33,935 nt of DNA from Nitrospinae bacterium RIFCSPLOWO2_12_FULL_45_22 (GTDB taxonomy: Bacteria; 2-12-FULL-45-22): NCBI GenBank assembly GCA_001803565.1, contig MHDQ01000282.1:1-33935 (forward strand). Direction: 5' to 3'. Position numbers and translations under genes: made by a program. Below are positions 18,731-26,520 of this stretch, in pieces. Every line of letters begins with the position of its first letter. Position 1 is the stretch's first letter. The notes beneath the pieces are model-generated. The model had not been told where the DNA came from. It did no database searches and worked only from the letters and a program-made list of their open reading frames with translations.

Positions 18731-19011
18731 CTTTTCTTCCTGCGCCTCCTTCGCCGATAAGCGGTTAAAGGCTTACCCTTCAATTCGTATGCTGTGATCA
18801 CGAAGATACTATCTGGCTCCGGATCAGGAACATAAATAACCCGCAGATACCGTCCTCCCTGAGTCTGACCAATTGCAACTCTGGAACCCTCGCACCCAGG
18901 GCGATCTTCCCCTGGCCTTCTCAATACATCCTTAACCTCGTCTTCGTCAACTCCATGTCTATAGATATGAGGTTCGCTTGTCTCTGGGTCGATATAAAAG
19001 CGAAGCTTCAT
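18727..19011 (-). CDS. DUF4258/BrnT-like putative ribonuclease toxin
   Basis: HIYRHGVDEDEV..., GQTQGGRYLRVIY, IFVITAY, basic C-terminus. Confidence 0.7.
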   Translation of the reverse strand: MKLRFYIDPETSEPHIYRHGVDEDEVKDVLRRPGEDRPGCEGSRVAIGQTQGGRYLRVIYVPDPEPDSIFVITAYELKGKPLTAYRRRRRRKKR

Positions 19012-19202
19012 CAGCCTCTTCCTACTAGCTCCTCAGGACGACGGTAGCTTGCTTCTAGACCATGAAGTTTACGGTGGTGCAATGGAAAAGGATTTTCAGC
19101 AAGGGATTTAATTTTCTCAAGAATCTTAGGTATATATTGTCTGTCAATACATTTTAGTTCTCGTTCTGCCGAGCTCTTCCAGTCAATTTCATAAGAGGCC
19201 AT
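19011..19202 (-). pseudogene. relE: RelE/ParE toxin, C-terminally truncated
   Basis: YEIDWKSSAERELK..ILEKIKSLAENPFP..RKLHG...SYR, then diverges; lacks the usual R.GDYRV.Y half. Confidence 0.75.
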
Positions 19203-19380
19203 CTACTTTTAACCGTTTTATTAATTCATCAAGGGATATTGTTGGTTCATCCCTACGTTCAGCAATAATAGCAAGGCCATGGAGATCTTCTAAAAGTTCT
19301 TCATATTCTTCTAATGGGATAACAACAGCGGTTTTTTTCCCACTCTCATCTATTAAATATTGTGTTTGGATTCTCCCCAT
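19189..19380 (-). CDS. Type II antitoxin (Phd/RelB-type)
   Basis: QYLIDESGKKTAVVIPLEEYEELLEDL...EPTISLDEL; RBS GAGGT; overlaps relE. Confidence 0.8.
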   Translation of the reverse strand: MGRIQTQYLIDESGKKTAVVIPLEEYEELLEDLHGLAIIAERRDEPTISLDELIKRLKVDGLL

Positions 19381-19610
19381 CCTTTACCTCCTACTAGATT
19401 AGCTTCTTACAAAATATGGCAGATCAAATTCAGCAAACCCATCTCCCTACCCTAAGACCCTAGCAAGCAGGCGAGGTAGTGGAAACCGTTGCATCATCAA
19501 TAGTGGTCTTGCCTGGGTTTTTTCTTACCATAAACCTTACATCTTGTCAATTAGGTACAGGCCGAAGTTTCTTTTACAATCTCTTTGAAATGGGTTTATA
19601 TACATATAAA

Positions 19611-19647
19611 ACAAGGCGGGCACTTCCTTGCGGGCTACCCGCCTTGT
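19611..19647 (-). terminator. Intrinsic terminator-like hairpin (second hairpin at 19665-19695)
   Basis: ACAAGGCGGG/CCCGCCTTGT 10-bp stem followed by T-rich sequence on the minus strand; neighbouring stem TTCAGCGGGC/GCCCGCTGAA. Confidence 0.55.
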
Positions 19648-19706
19648 CCTCTTGTAGAACCTCCTTCAGCGGGCACTAACTTCTGGCCCGCTGAATTATA
19701 TGGGTA

Positions 19707-20123
19707 CTACTTTTTACCTTTACCTGGATTCACTACCACTACCTCGCAGGTGCTGGTAGCAGGGTTGCCGTTACCATCATCAGCAGTGACGGTCCAGGTG
19801 ATATGGTCGTCTACTCCACCTGAATCCACAATATTGATGGTACCGCCTGTGAATGATACCACACAGGATTCTTTCTTGTCTACCGTCTTGCCAGCACCAT
19901 TAATCATCCAACAGTCATAGCCCGTAATCGTAGGAGATACTGTTTCGCAATTATCCATAGCGCTGGCTGTGAAGGAGATGGGAGCATTAGGTGGAACGAT
20001 GGTTGCTGGAGAGTTACACTGGATTTGGGGTGGAGTAATGTCATCTACGATGACAGTCTGGGTCTGGGTCGAAGTGTTCCCGTTCCCGTCATTGTAGCTC
20101 CATGTAACCGTGGAGGGCCCCTG
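19707..20123 (-). pseudogene. C-terminal fragment of an extracellular HYR/Ig-like repeat protein
   Basis: Open frame extends upstream of the annotated ATG: QGPSTVTWSYNDGNGNTSTQTQTVIVDDITPPQIQC...ASAMDNC...WTVTADDGNGNPATSTCEVVV; preceded by an in-frame TAA, no start or signal peptide. Confidence 0.65.
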
Positions 20124-20279
20124 TTACCAAAATACTCAAGGGGTAATCTGGTAACACCTGACATCATCGGGACAAGTCAGTGATAATAGGGACTGCCGGT
20201 AGGGGAAAATTATTTGACCAGGATAAAAAATTAAAATTAAGTATGGTGTCCCCAGAATAAGCAGAATAGCCCAGGATCT

Positions 20280-20630
20280 TTAGGCTTCCAAAAAATCAAT
20301 AGTATAAGATTCCATTCCAGATGGATGTTTAGAGGTATATTTTTTAAGGGCATTGGCTATTAGGGAGAATTTATCCCCTGCCAGGGTATAAGGTATGATA
20401 AGCACCCCATAATGAGGGCGGTGTTCATTAAAGAATTGAACCGTAAGTCTGATATAGTCATTCCGATTTCTGGTTACCATACACCTCCCTTTAGAAACGG
20501 CATATTCTAGTTGCTCTTTATCAAGGGCCTGGGTCATACCTACTTCATGGGCGCTAATAGCATCAATCTGATATTTTCTCAACAGCTCTGCAATCTTCGG
20601 GCTTATATCCTCGTCAAGATAATATTTCAC
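20280..20630 (-). CDS. DUF5615 PIN-like toxin (VapC45 type)
   Basis: KYYLDEDISP, DKEQLEYA, MVTRNRNDY, HYGVL. Confidence 0.85.
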   Translation of the reverse strand: MKYYLDEDISPKIAELLRKYQIDAISAHEVGMTQALDKEQLEYAVSKGRCMVTRNRNDYIRLTVQFFNEHRPHYGVLIIPYTLAGDKFSLIANALKKYTSKHPSGMESYTIDFLEA

Positions 20631-21046
20631 TAACTATTTCCCCTTAGAAAGGGGTATCCTTCATGAATACGTTCTCTGGTCCAGCTTTCGTTCTGAGTTA
20701 TCAGTTGGTCAATCTCGCCAGGGTACTTCCGATAATAGCCAATAGCGGCCCTGAGTTGCTGTTCGGTAAGCCAGTGATAGATATTACGCAGGCGTTCAAA
20801 ATCCTCTCTTACACCCTTATAATTGGCAATGACTTCCCACGCCTCTATGCCACTCCCAGCTATTCTGGCCCGGTAGCCACTTACTCCCTCAGAAAAAATA
20901 ATCCCCGGACAGCATCGCATCTTGATGGCCTCTTCGAGAAGTTCTCTTACCATGGTAGAGAATTCTTTTCCCGATTCCTGGGCAATAGTTTGAACCTCTT
21001 TGACGAGTTCTTCGGGAATCCTCATACTTTTTTGAACGGTTGCCAT
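20630..21046 (-). CDS. RHH + DUF433 antitoxin (VapB45 type)
   Basis: Start MATVQKSMRIPEEL (RBS GAGGGGGTG); PGIIFSEG..ARIAGSGIEAWEVI..LTEQQLRAAIGYY..YPGEID. Confidence 0.85.
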   Translation of the reverse strand: MATVQKSMRIPEELVKEVQTIAQESGKEFSTMVRELLEEAIKMRCCPGIIFSEGVSGYRARIAGSGIEAWEVIANYKGVREDFERLRNIYHWLTEQQLRAAIGYYRKYPGEIDQLITQNESWTRERIHEGYPFLRGNS

Positions 21047-21121
21047 AATAACACCCCCTCTATTGCTAGAATCACCAACGATAAGGGGCCTCGTACTGTT
21101 CACATCCCATCATCATGCAAT

Positions 21122-21150
21122 ACAATACGATGAAATACAACGCATGTCAA
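21122..21150 (-). promoter_or_regulatory. Sigma70 promoter of the DUF433/DUF5615 TA operon
   Basis: TTGACA-17 bp-TATTGT on the minus strand, overlapped by TTGTATT direct repeats (possible operator). Confidence 0.6.
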
Positions 21151-21181
21151 ATTAGCGCAGGCTTTAGCCTGCGCTAATTTG
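21148..21181. repeat. Perfect REP-like palindrome
   Basis: CAAATTAGCGCAGGCT-TT-AGCCTGCGCTAATTTG, 16-bp arms. Confidence 0.75.
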
Positions 21182-21203
21182 TGGAAAGCTATTAGTAATC
21201 AAC

Positions 21204-21363
21204 TGATAAGGAATTGCTTTTCTGTTTAGGAAAGATTAACATAGCGATAAGGAAGATGGCAACCTTTTTTCTAGCTTTGACACGGAATTTATATTTATCG
21301 AGCCAGAAGAAGTAATTAAGAGATAGATAGGATAGTAAGAGCTTGTTGTGAGGCAGATTTTTT
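21204..21363 (-). mobile_element. IS91-like oriIS-end fragment, copy 2
   Basis: 160 bp nearly identical to the ends starting at 9825 and 23028. Confidence 0.8.
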
Positions 21364-21649
21364 GAAATAAAATGCTTAATTTTGGCTAGAAGTTCTTCAG
21401 TTTTTTCTTTGCCGAATTTCCGCACTATCTCATCCCACAATGGGGAAGTTCGAATTTGCTTTTGGTATTCCTTAGTCATATGTTCCAATTGTTCGGGGGA
21501 CAGCGTCTCACCAGGCATAGCGAAGTGAATACCGTCGTCTTCAATCCAAGAAAACGACGCAGTGAAGATTGAGCTTTCCTACAACATTTTTTGAATTTTT
21601 TCCCGCTGCCACATGAGCAAGGATCGTTTCTACCAATTCTTCTATTCAT
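21364..21649 (-). pseudogene. SEC-C motif protein, frameshifted, with its 3' end replaced by the IS91-like repeat
   Basis: ATG 21649 [23 protein letters not shown], continuing in another frame as [43 protein letters not shown]... Confidence 0.7.
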
Positions 21650-21710
21650 TTACTGCCTCAAGGTGATTATTGACCTTTACTTTTGGGCAAAACTGACCTA
21701 TTCTCCAACT

Positions 21711-22394
21711 TCAGTAAGGTGGCTCGGCTGGCCCACTATAGCCACACATCCCCAGACGTGGAGAATTGACTAGTGGTAAAGGCTCACCATAATCCTCGTG
21801 GGGATGCGCTTTAACGTGCGTATCGCACAATGTCCCCCAGACATCTTCTTCAATCAAACATTCTATACACAACCAAGCTCCTGGCCGCTCACATTCCATA
21901 CAACGTTCTTCAGGGGGAATATTACGTGCCATGAGGGCGATTGGATGGGAAGAGTTCGGTTTACCTTCACGTACACCCACTGCTTTTATCAGGGTTTCAG
22001 ATGATGTGCCAAAATCATAAATGTGAGTCAGTTCTACGCCTGGTTCAAATACCTCTTGGATTTGGCGTTTCATAGCTATTTCTTCTCCACCCCACCCCCC
22101 TATAGAAAACTGGCTGAGATGCCCACAACATTCTAACCAGATTCCCCTCAAATAGTAATCCAAATCCTTCAACTTAGCCCTTCCGCACATCTCTAAATCT
22201 AACCAGAAATCACTAGAACCAGCATCCTGTACACGGAGATGGTAGATAGTTTCTGTTTTCCCCGGCTTGTGATCTGCTTGTTCGATGATGGCTCGGCGTC
22301 GGGTACAAGTAGACAGATGTTTGATCATCCCACCTTTAGCCATCTCTTGCCCACAATAGACGCATACCCCTCGTGATTGTTTTTTTCGCGACAT
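21711..22394 (-). CDS. pRiA4b ORF-3-like protein with Zn-binding motifs
   Basis: CVYC..HLSTC; LKDLDYYLRGIWLECCGHLSQF; HIYDFGTSS; CMEC..CIEC..CDTH; VNSPRLGMCGY; RBS AGGAG. Confidence 0.7.
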   Translation of the reverse strand: MSRKKQSRGVCVYCGQEMAKGGMIKHLSTCTRRRAIIEQADHKPGKTETIYHLRVQDAGSSDFWLDLEMCGRAKLKDLDYYLRGIWLECCGHLSQFSIGGWGGEEIAMKRQIQEVFEPGVELTHIYDFGTSSETLIKAVGVREGKPNSSHPIALMARNIPPEERCMECERPGAWLCIECLIEEDVWGTLCDTHVKAHPHEDYGEPLPLVNSPRLGMCGYSGPAEPPY

Positions 22395-22563
22395 CGGATT
22401 CTCCTTTAAACTAAGGGATTATTTGTTTAGAATTTTATCCTGACAAGAATACTTTCTATTTGGTGCACCCAACGGTGGAATTGAGCGGCAACCGCAGATG
22501 GCATCAATATCGGATTTACATACTTTTGGCTAGGCCGTTTTAACCCTTCAAACTACCTTATTT

Positions 22564-22826
22564 AAACCCAAGGTGCAGATTTGAGCCAGTAATCTTGCTT
22601 TTAAACAAATTAGCTAATGAACCGGGTAGCCAGGAGCCCTAGCCGGCCCCAAGCCCCCTCAGGTAGGGTCAAGGAATAGTGCCCGGTACGCACGTTTAGC
22701 CTATTTGTTTCTCCCTGTTTCCTCTCGGAGTGCATCATTAGCACTACCGTATCCTAGTTTACATCCCCTCCTGCCTCAAACTTAAGGTACAGATTTGAAC
22801 CAGTAATATTACCTTTAACCAAGTTA
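22564..22826. repeat. Diverged 49-bp direct repeat pair
   Basis: 22564-22612 versus 22778-22826, 40/49 identical by manual alignment. Confidence 0.7.
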
Positions 22827-22860
22827 ATATCGGATGCGGAGTAGAGGCAACTGTTAGCCC

Positions 22861-23025
22861 TCAATATCTGTATCTGATTCGATCTAGATTTTCTCTGAAT
22901 TTCTGCTTCATTCTGTATGACCATCTGCTGTCATTTAGAAGATTATCGAAACCGTCCTCAACGAGATCCAGCGGAAAATAACGCAGACTCTTGAGAATCG
23001 CATCAATATAACTCCTTGTAGATGA
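22861..23025 (-). pseudogene. 3' fragment of an unknown gene cut by the IS91-like end
   Basis: Stop-free frame SSTRSYIDAILKSLRYFPLDLVEDGFDNLLNDSRWSYRMKQKFRENLDRIRYRY* begins at the element terminus and is followed by GGCTAAC. Confidence 0.45.
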
Positions 23026-23027
23026 GA

Positions 23028-23620
23028 TGATAAGGAATTGCTTTTCTGTTTAGGAAAGATTAACATAGCGATAAGGAAGAGGGCAACCTTTTTTTCTAGC
23101 CTTGACACGGAATTTCTATTTATTGAGCCAGAAGAAGTAATTAAGAGATAGATAGGATAGTAAGAGCTTGTTGTGAGGCAGATTTTTTCATAGACTATCT
23201 CGCCCTTAGGTGAAGATTCCCGGTTGGGTGGGTCTCTGGAAGGTCATCCTCAGGTCTTGCTTGAGGCGCTTCACCAGGTCTCTGGATACCCTGTTTCTTG
23301 CGTATCCCCCGGGATTTATTGCGGATAATATACTGTGCTCGGGTCTCTCTTCCCTCCCCTTCATCCCTTAGCACCCTTACCCCGTTGTGCACACTAAAGC
23401 CAGAATGTCTCCAGCTAAAGTAGAGACGAGGCATAATTGGAATACTGAAGACATATTGACGGTGGGGGACAGGGTAGAGAATATTATGGCGCAAAAATTC
23501 TCCGAACTGGATCACCTTTTTGGAGTGGCATGAAGGGCAGAACCAACGGCCTTTACAACTAAAGGCAAGCAAATACTCTTCGCTGCAATCCTTGCAGCGC
23601 ACCCTTGCGAAACCATAATG
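23028..23620 (-). mobile_element. Defective IS91-family element, copy 3 (internally deleted transposase 23195-23602)
   Basis: Zn finger GFARVRCKDC..LAFSCKGRWFCPSCH, PVPHRQYVFSIP, SWRHSGFSVH, QYIIRN; the HUH segment and the VRYYG segment are missing. Confidence 0.85.
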
Positions 23621-23754
23621 CCAAAGTTTTCAGAGGGGGTGCACCCCAAAATTTGCTATCACGTAATGGTTATTGATGGGGAGATGTTTAAAGAATTGAG
23701 TCATGGGAGATGGAGGTAGGGAGAGGAGGATAGTCACGGTTTTCATTAACCTGA

Positions 23755-24717
23755 TCAATTGTAATTTTTCACAGTTTCGATCATCGCCTTGATGTTTTCA
23801 AAAGGGGTATCAAAGGGGCAATCACATCCGGTAGCCACCACATAATTGGGAACATCCCGCATTTTATCCATTAATTCTTTTGTCGCTTTTCTGACATCAT
23901 CTGGTGTCCCATTTCTTAGAACCCCAACGGGGGATAAGTTCCCAATTATTAATATATGGGATGGGACTCTGGGGACAATGGAGGGAAGATCCACGGGGTA
24001 GTCGACACTTATAGCCCGGACTCCAGTGGCACACATTTCTTCGATAATATGAGAAGTATTCCCACAGATGTGCAAAGATGCCGGTACCTTTATCCTGTCA
24101 ACAAACTTTTTGGTGTAAGGCGCCGAAAATTCAGCATAGGCCTTCTTGGATAGAAGACTCGAAGTAGGATCACCCAGGAAGAGGGAAGTAGCCCCGGCAT
24201 CGATAAAGGCCTCAGAAAGGACTATAGCCGCCTCCACACAAAAGTCTAATAATTTTTTAACAAATTCGGGGTTCTTGATAGTCATTCTGGATATATGCTC
24301 TACCCCGGCCAGTTGCCCGGCAAAGGTAAAGGGGCCGACGCTCATAGCCGATTTCGACCGGTTGGGATACCGTTCCGAAAGTAATCTGGCTGCTTTCAAA
24401 AACTCCGGTATTCTCCCGTCCCTGGTAGGGTCCGGAATCCTTAATCTTGCAATATCATCCAAAGTTTTGACCGGATGGGTTACTACCGAAGGGATGTCAT
24501 TATCTGTCATCTTTATCTCGCAACCACAGGTCTCGGCTAAAAAACTGGAATCAGTATAAACAATAGGTATGGTATCGAGATTGAATTCTTCTACTGCGGC
24601 AGATATGGTCCTGAACTGGGTCTCCCCATCGAGCGCATTTTGCTTTATAGTCGTGTTAGTTAACCTACAGCTTACAGCACTGACAAAAGGAGTCCCTTTC
24701 CTTCTTTTTGGTCCCAT
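23755..24717 (-). CDS. Uroporphyrinogen-decarboxylase-fold protein, MtaA/MtbA/CmuA-type methylcobamide methyltransferase-like
   Basis: PDPTRDGRIP, GPFTFAGQLAG, GDPTSS, LHICGN and ATGCDCP (HxC...C Zn set), GNLSP; RBS AGGAGG. Confidence 0.85.
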   Translation of the reverse strand: MGPKRRKGTPFVSAVSCRLTNTTIKQNALDGETQFRTISAAVEEFNLDTIPIVYTDSSFLAETCGCEIKMTDNDIPSVVTHPVKTLDDIARLRIPDPTRDGRIPEFLKAARLLSERYPNRSKSAMSVGPFTFAGQLAGVEHISRMTIKNPEFVKKLLDFCVEAAIVLSEAFIDAGATSLFLGDPTSSLLSKKAYAEFSAPYTKKFVDRIKVPASLHICGNTSHIIEEMCATGVRAISVDYPVDLPSIVPRVPSHILIIGNLSPVGVLRNGTPDDVRKATKELMDKMRDVPNYVVATGCDCPFDTPFENIKAMIETVKNYN

Positions 24718-25089
24718 GTCTTTCCTCCTTTCTTTAACGACTCCAAATGGATAGGTTATTTTGTTTTTGCTACAAAGAAATTATAAAAATAGGGTAAAAA
24801 TAGGGTAACACTTTTCCCCTGGGAAGATCAACCCAAAAGAGGGGGGAAGTGTTATGGAAGAGAAGGATAAAAGGCAAAGGAGTAAGGAAGAGAAGTTAAT
24901 GTTTCTTAAGGCAGCAGAGGAACATGGGATAACGGGGGTCGCCCGATGCGAGAAAGCCGCACGCCGGTAAATATGGGGATCATAATAAACCCCCGAATAT
25001 CTAAATTGATTTTTATCCTGAGCATGTTTATAATCAATCCATTTATCTAGCTCAATCTCAATCTTAATCTTTCCATAACTATAAGGACC

Positions 25090-26520
25090 ATGCGAATTCT
25101 TTTTGTGACCGAAGTCCTGAAGGAATATATAGGCACAGTACCGATGGGTATCCTTTACCTGTCGGCATATCTTAGGGCTAACGGACACAAAACCCGCATT
25201 GCCGGGATGGAATTTAAAGAAGTAGATGGGGTTATTAAGGAATTTAACCCCCAACTGGTATGTTACAGCGTTACGACAGGGATACACCCCCTTTTTGTTG
25301 AGTTGAATAAAAGGCTAAAGGAAAAATATTCATTCTTTTCGGCCTTTGGTGGGCCGCATGCTACTTTTTTCCCGGAGATCATTGCCCAGGAAGGCATAGA
25401 TGGAGCATGTATAGGCGAAGGGGAACTTGCTTTATTGGAGTTGGTAGAGAAATTAGGGCAGGGTGCTGATATACGGCAGGTGCAGAATTGGTGGATTAAA
25501 GATGCAGAAGGTATCCTTCATAAAAATCCGGTACGTCCACTTATCCCTGACCTGAACCTGTTGCCTTTCCCGGATAGGGATCTAATCCGAGAGTATGAGT
25601 CTCCTCGACCGCGTAGATTCTGGTTTTTCCTTACGGGTAGGGGCTGTCCGTATAACTGTACTTATTGTTTTAATCAAGCCTATTATGATCTCTATAAAGG
25701 TAAAGGAAACCGTATCCGACGGCTCACGGTTGATCGGGCTATAGAAGAAATCTTGTCGGTGAAAGAGACCTTTTCTCTGGACTTAGTTAATTTTATTGAT
25801 GACTGTTTTGTTATAGAAATGGATTGGTTAGAGGAATTTGCCGATAGATATCCGGAAACAATCAAGATACCTTTCAACTGTAATATTACCTTTGACCGGA
25901 TTAATAAGCGGTTGGTAGCCCTTCTGAAGCGGGCAGGCTGTTATTCCGTTACCGGCGGGATAGAATCGGGCAATCCTGAGATCCGCAAAGAGGTCCTAAA
26001 CCGAAAGGTCTCTAACCAGCAGATCATTGATGCCTGCCGGATGCTCAAAGAAGCCGGTATGCGGGTCTTTACCCAAAATATCCTGGCATTACCCAAAGAA
26101 ACCTTAGGGAATGCCTTTGAGACATTAGATATAAATATCCGTTGTAGAGCAGATTATCCACATGTTTCCCTCTATCAACCCTATCCCGGCACCAGGCTAG
26201 GCGAGCTAGCTATTAAATGGAAAATGTTTGATGGGAATCTGGATAATATTAAACCAGCCTTCTCCAAATATTCACCCCTTCATCACCCCCAAAAAAGAAA
26301 ACTGGAGAATCTCTCTAAACTCTTTGCCTTTGGTGTGGAGTTTCCTTTTACAGTATCATTTATAAAGGTTTTGATTCATCTCCCCCTCCATAGGGTCTAC
26401 CATTTCTTCTCAAAATTATGGAAAGGTTATTGTTTTAAATCTCGTGTATTTCCTCAAAAGATGAGCTTCCGTTATGCTATTTATGCAATTAAATGCTATC
26501 TGTTCGGCTATGGTGGCTAG
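25090..26520 (+). CDS. Cobalamin-binding radical SAM protein
   Basis: PMGILYLSAYL, GGPHAT, GEGE, GRGCPYNCTYC, FIDDCF, GIESG, PYPGT. Confidence 0.92.
   Translation: MRILFVTEVLKEYIGTVPMGILYLSAYLRANGHKTRIAGMEFKEVDGVIKEFNPQLVCYSVTTGIHPLFVELNKRLKEKYSFFSAFGGPHATFFPEIIAQEGIDGACIGEGELALLELVEKLGQGADIRQVQNWWIKDAEGILHKNPVRPLIPDLNLLPFPDRDLIREYESPRPRRFWFFLTGRGCPYNCTYCFNQAYYDLYKGKGNRIRRLTVDRAIEEILSVKETFSLDLVNFIDDCFVIEMDWLEEFADRYPETIKIPFNCNITFDRINKRLVALLKRAGCYSVTGGIESGNPEIRKEVLNRKVSNQQIIDACRMLKEAGMRVFTQNILALPKETLGNAFETLDINIRCRADYPHVSLYQPYPGTRLGELAIKWKMFDGNLDNIKPAFSKYSPLHHPQKRKLENLSKLFAFGVEFPFTVSFIKVLIHLPLHRVYHFFSKLWKGYCFKSRVFPQKMSFRYAIYAIKCYLFGYGG

Noticed and set aside
21192-21518. 108-aa ORF as an intact gene
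   Set aside because: Its N-half is the frameshifted SEC-C gene and its C-half is read-through across the non-coding IS91-like repeat.
22754-22924. 56-aa minus-strand ORF (MVIQNEAEIQ...) as a peptide precursor with a paralog at 22560-22620
   Set aside because: It overlaps a more protein-like frame, and the second repeat copy has no start codon in that frame.
9825-23337. Repeats as a CRISPR array
   Set aside because: Units are long, kilobases apart, contain transposase remnants and have no regular spacers or cas genes.
13295-23631. GAAAACTTTGG at about 13295 and its inverse at about 23621 as island-end inverted repeats
   Set aside because: Only 11 bp, and they would enclose the native-looking OFOR operon; chance cannot be excluded.
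24781-25287. 168-aa minus-strand ORF
   Set aside because: Overlaps the radical SAM start antisense and spans the divergent promoter region; no recognisable domain.
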